A program made the translations under genes and the position numbers. Positions 61,245 through 64,000 of a DNA stretch of 64,000 bases are shown here, piece after piece. Location: positions 704,001-768,000 of the forward strand of contig OY763415.1 in assembly GCA_963667565.1 (NCBI GenBank), in the 5' to 3' direction. The number at the start of each line of letters is the position of its first letter. The first letter of the stretch is position 1. The stretch is from Acholeplasmataceae bacterium (GTDB taxonomy: Bacteria > Bacillota_I > Bacilli_A > Acholeplasmatales > Acholeplasmataceae). The notes below the pieces were generated by a model that did no database searches, was not told the DNA's origin, and saw only the letters and a list, made by a program, of their open reading frames with translations.

Positions 61245-61958
61245 TTATGACTTGTTTTTTTCGTTTTCTAATTCTTTAAGTATTTCGGCACGCATTTTTT
61301 CTTTTTCTGCTTCTAAACTTAATTTTGCATTTTCTTTTTCTAAAGCAAATTTTTCTTCTAATTTGTCTTTGTTGATACCAATAAGATTACGTGCTAACAT
61401 GACACCTTCAAAAGCTAAGAGTAATACAACTGGCAAAATGATGAATACTGCAAATCCTGTTGGTGTTTGTAAATAATCTAATGCATTTCCAAAACCTACA
61501 AGTTTATCGCCATGATAAATCGCAAGTACATCTTCAATATTAACTGGTTGATCAGGAGATGTGTTATTGTTGTTAGATATGTAATTATAATCAGCTTGTG
61601 TAATCAGATAACCTTCTGCTGCATTGATTTCTACAATTCTATGGGTATTAAACTCATGAATCGTTGTATCAAAATATGTAACAACATCACCTACTTGTAA
61701 CAAAGCTCTACTTTGATCATTAAGCATCGTCACAAATAATAAGTCACCTTTTTGAAAAGAATCTTCTAAATCACCATACATCGAATTAGATTGTACAGCG
61801 AGCATACCTTGATTAAATATATTTGCAATATTATCTTCTCTTTTGACCTTCATGTTGGCAAATGAGAAAACTAATAAGAAAACAATGACAACGTAGAAAA
61901 TAACATTTAAAACGATGCTCATTGCTTTTTTTAATTTTGATTGTTCTTTAGTCTTCAT
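61245..61958 (-). CDS. sipW: Second SipW/Sec11-type signal peptidase I
   Basis: 'AVQSNSM' (Ser), 'GDLLFV', 'VGDVVTY', 'NTHRI' (His), 'ITQAD'; C-terminal TM and a charged tail. Confidence 0.8.
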   Translation of the reverse strand: MKTKEQSKLKKAMSIVLNVIFYVVIVFLLVFSFANMKVKREDNIANIFNQGMLAVQSNSMYGDLEDSFQKGDLLFVTMLNDQSRALLQVGDVVTYFDTTIHEFNTHRIVEINAAEGYLITQADYNYISNNNNTSPDQPVNIEDVLAIYHGDKLVGFGNALDYLQTPTGFAVFIILPVVLLLAFEGVMLARNLIGINKDKLEEKFALEKENAKLSLEAEKEKMRAEILKELENEKNKS

Positions 61959-61979
61959 TTCGTTCTCCTTTGGTGTGTC

Positions 61980-62039
61980 TCTAGTTTAATCCAATGAAGG
62001 ATTGGTAAGTGTGTGGGTTGCACACACTTACCGACTAGA
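61980..62039 (-). other. Intergenic three-stem RNA structure without a U-tract
   Basis: Perfect 12-bp stem GGTAAGTGTGTG/CACACACTTACC, 5-bp AATCC/GGATT, closed by TCTAGT/ACTAGA. Confidence 0.7.
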
Positions 62040-62061
62040 ATGAATTATGTCAATTTAGAAA

Positions 62062-62979
62062 TTAAACACCTTGGAATGTAAATGCTGATGATACGATTTG
62101 TGAAAGAATTGAGTTATAAGTATTAGCATCCCAACCTTCTAACCAAATACGTACTGTTACTTGACCATAATAAGTTGCACCAAAATCTTGAACTTCACCA
62201 GAAACATCAACCATATCAACAACTGGTTGACCTGCACCAAGTGTAGTCATTGTTGATAAAGTAGTAACTGTGTCTGCGCCAAATGGAAGTGCATTATTTT
62301 TTGCATAGTAGTAATTCATTGAACCATTGTCACCAACACCACCATTAGATAAGTCGCCACCAACACCTAGTACAACATTAGAACCACCAACTGGTTTTTC
62401 ATAAGCAACTGTATAATCACCATAAGTAATATCACTTACCATTGCAATTCTCATACCATCAGATGCATCAACTGAAATTTGTGCACCAGCTAATCTTGCA
62501 GTACCACTAGCATCAGTAAATGGAACATCTACTGTCCAAGTATATGCTGAAGAACTTAAACTAATAGTTGTCCAGTTAATTGATTGTGCTGTATCTGATC
62601 TAAAGTTAAGTGGTAATTCAATGTAACCAGAAGTTGTGTCTGTCATTGCTAACGCACCTAATGTTTTAAAGTTAACACCGTCAACTGTAGTTACATGGTT
62701 AAAGATTTGTGTATTACCATATGTAGCAATTAAATATGCTTCTACTGTATCTGTTGTTAATGTTGTAACCCAGTTTGCATTTTGTGGATCTGCATATACT
62801 GAACTATGGTTACCTAAAGCAACTTCAATCCCGCTATCAGCGACGATTTGTGCTTCAAAAGCTTGAACTGTTGACGTATTAGTCAATGTGAACCACGCAA
62901 ATGTTGTAGTTCCAAGTGCGAACACTGTTAATACAACCGCAATAATTGATAAAACTAACTTTCTCGAAATTTTACTCAT
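62062..62979 (-). CDS. SipW-signal-peptide protein, candidate major fibre subunit
   Basis: 'MSKISRKLVLSII...LGTTTFA|WFT'; Thr/Gly/Ala/Ser-rich; 'VRIWLEGWD'; AAGGAG RBS. Confidence 0.82.
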   Translation of the reverse strand: MSKISRKLVLSIIAVVLTVFALGTTTFAWFTLTNTSTVQAFEAQIVADSGIEVALGNHSSVYADPQNANWVTTLTTDTVEAYLIATYGNTQIFNHVTTVDGVNFKTLGALAMTDTTSGYIELPLNFRSDTAQSINWTTISLSSSAYTWTVDVPFTDASGTARLAGAQISVDASDGMRIAMVSDITYGDYTVAYEKPVGGSNVVLGVGGDLSNGGVGDNGSMNYYYAKNNALPFGADTVTTLSTMTTLGAGQPVVDMVDVSGEVQDFGATYYGQVTVRIWLEGWDANTYNSILSQIVSSAFTFQGV

Positions 62980-63045
62980 TTTTCTAGTCTCCTTAAAAAT
63001 TTCTTTTTTTATATTTTAATTAACTCTCGTTAAGTTAACCCATTG

Positions 63046-64000
63046 CTATTCAGCTGATCTAAGTAATTTAAATTGAAGCTGAATCTTTAAGCGATCATTA
63101 TTAATCGCATCGAATGCATCTGCATCCCATCCTTCAACCCATAAAGTAATTCTTAATTTACCTTGATAGATTGATAAACCCTCTTGTGTTTGTAAACCTG
63201 TGTCCTGAAGTATTGCAACCATTGATGTGTCATCTAATGCTTCATATGGATTTCTTGGATTTGGTAATGTTAAATCATATGTAACTTCTTGATTAAGTGT
63301 CGTAAGCGGTATGAATCTTTGTGTTCTTTGAGTGAAATAACTGTAAGCACCATAACTTAATCCATATCCTCTTGATGGATCACCTGACGGATCAAATATC
63401 CATGAGAGTAATTCATCTTCACTTCGTTGATCTAAGGTGTTTGTGTCATCATTTAATTCTACAAACGATAATCTTACTGCATCACTTGCATAATAGATGC
63501 CCTCATCACCATCATGTACCAAATCACCTGCTGCGTTATAAACGAATGTTTCATTAGAACGCCAATTCACACCTCTTGATACAACATATGTTCCTACTGC
63601 TGATGTATCAAATGCGACATTTTGACTTTGATTATTAATCACATAAACTTGATGTAAAGTCTCAGTTGTTCTAAACCAAACATCAAATTGTAAATAATCT
63701 TTGTCAGGATTAATATCTGTAGTATCTCTTAATCCACCTGCTTCAAAATGTTTTCCATCAATACTTGTTATCTCATTTAATGTGATATTTTCAAATAAGG
63801 ATTCAAGTTCATCTGAAGTTAAGTTGTTAGAAAAATTAATACCATCAAGTGAAATTTCTAACTCTTCACCTGAAGTTGCTGATAATGATAACCCTTCTAT
63901 ATTATTAACAGTTGATAATGAAATCCACGCGAATGTGACAGTACCAAATGTAATAATTAAAATAATCATTGTTAACACTGATAAATGAATCTTATTTGCC
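63046..64000 (-). CDS. SipW-signal-peptide protein, paralog of 62062-62979; start lies just outside the window
   Basis: The frame is open to the edge (..ANKIHLSVLTMII..); 'VTFA|WIS', 'TSIDG..F', 'ASDAVR', 'ITLWVEGWD'. Confidence 0.82.
   Translation of the reverse strand, partial: ANKIHLSVLTMIILIITFGTVTFAWISLSTVNNIEGLSLSATSGEELEISLDGINFSNNLTSDELESLFENITLNEITSIDGKHFEAGGLRDTTDINPDKDYLQFDVWFRTTETLHQVYVINNQSQNVAFDTSAVGTYVVSRGVNWRSNETFVYNAAGDLVHDGDEGIYYASDAVRLSFVELNDDTNTLDQRSEDELLSWIFDPSGDPSRGYGLSYGAYSYFTQRTQRFIPLTTLNQEVTYDLTLPNPRNPYEALDDTSMVAILQDTGLQTQEGLSIYQGKLRITLWVEGWDADAFDAINNDRLKIQLQFKLLRSAE

Noticed and set aside
123..63988. Many 60-96 aa ORFs in the track that overlap longer genes (e.g. 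123-410, 1446-1670, 2211-2444, 3989-4276, 47521-47718, 57863-58153, 61207-61476, 63701-63988)
   Set aside because: They are antisense or out-of-frame shadows of well-supported genes, with no RBS or recognisable motif.
1..64000. Mycoplasma genetic code (TGA=Trp)
   Set aside because: Conserved genes end at TGA at their expected length (response regulator, purB, nusB, tlyA, dxs), and full-length proteins translate under code 11.
1..64000. CRISPR array, IS elements, rRNA
   Set aside because: No regularly spaced repeats, cas or transposase ORFs, or rRNA-like segments seen. The repeats present are intragenic protein repeats.

Overview
AT-rich bacterial chromosome segment using the standard genetic code (TGA is a stop, Trp is TGG). 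Gene content is Firmicutes-like with no cell-wall genes in the window, and PotA carries a Mollicute-style insertion. This fits a wall-less Acholeplasmataceae/Izemoplasma-type Mollicute, but the taxonomy is an inference. Bases 1-47.4 kb are mostly housekeeping and transport genes: an OmpR/HssR-like two-component system with a MacB-type ABC transporter, ackA, trmL, pncB, cls, tRNA-Leu(CAA), argS, purAB, glgA, a BspA/Ig surface protein, nfo, a DEAD-box helicase, ispH, dinB, nusB-xseAB-dxs-tlyA-recN, a Cache-GGDEF diguanylate cyclase, potABCD and a TetR-controlled ABC exporter. The most notable region is one minus-strand operon from 47462 to beyond 64000. It encodes five TasA/CalY-type proteins with SipW-class signal peptides, two SipW-like peptidases and a 2488-aa secreted adhesin-like protein with C-terminal CBM5/12-like repeats. 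Embedded in it are a membrane-anchored McrB-family AAA+ NTPase and a McrC/DUF2357-like partner whose nuclease appears to be replaced by a long coiled coil. An internal c-di-GMP-I riboswitch with an overlapping terminator gates the last three genes. This looks like a c-di-GMP-regulated biofilm fibre/pilus system that may have co-opted a McrBC motor. Other points of interest are an apparent ATT start codon for dinB and a structured potABCD leader. All family assignments come from reading motifs by eye; no database searches were run.
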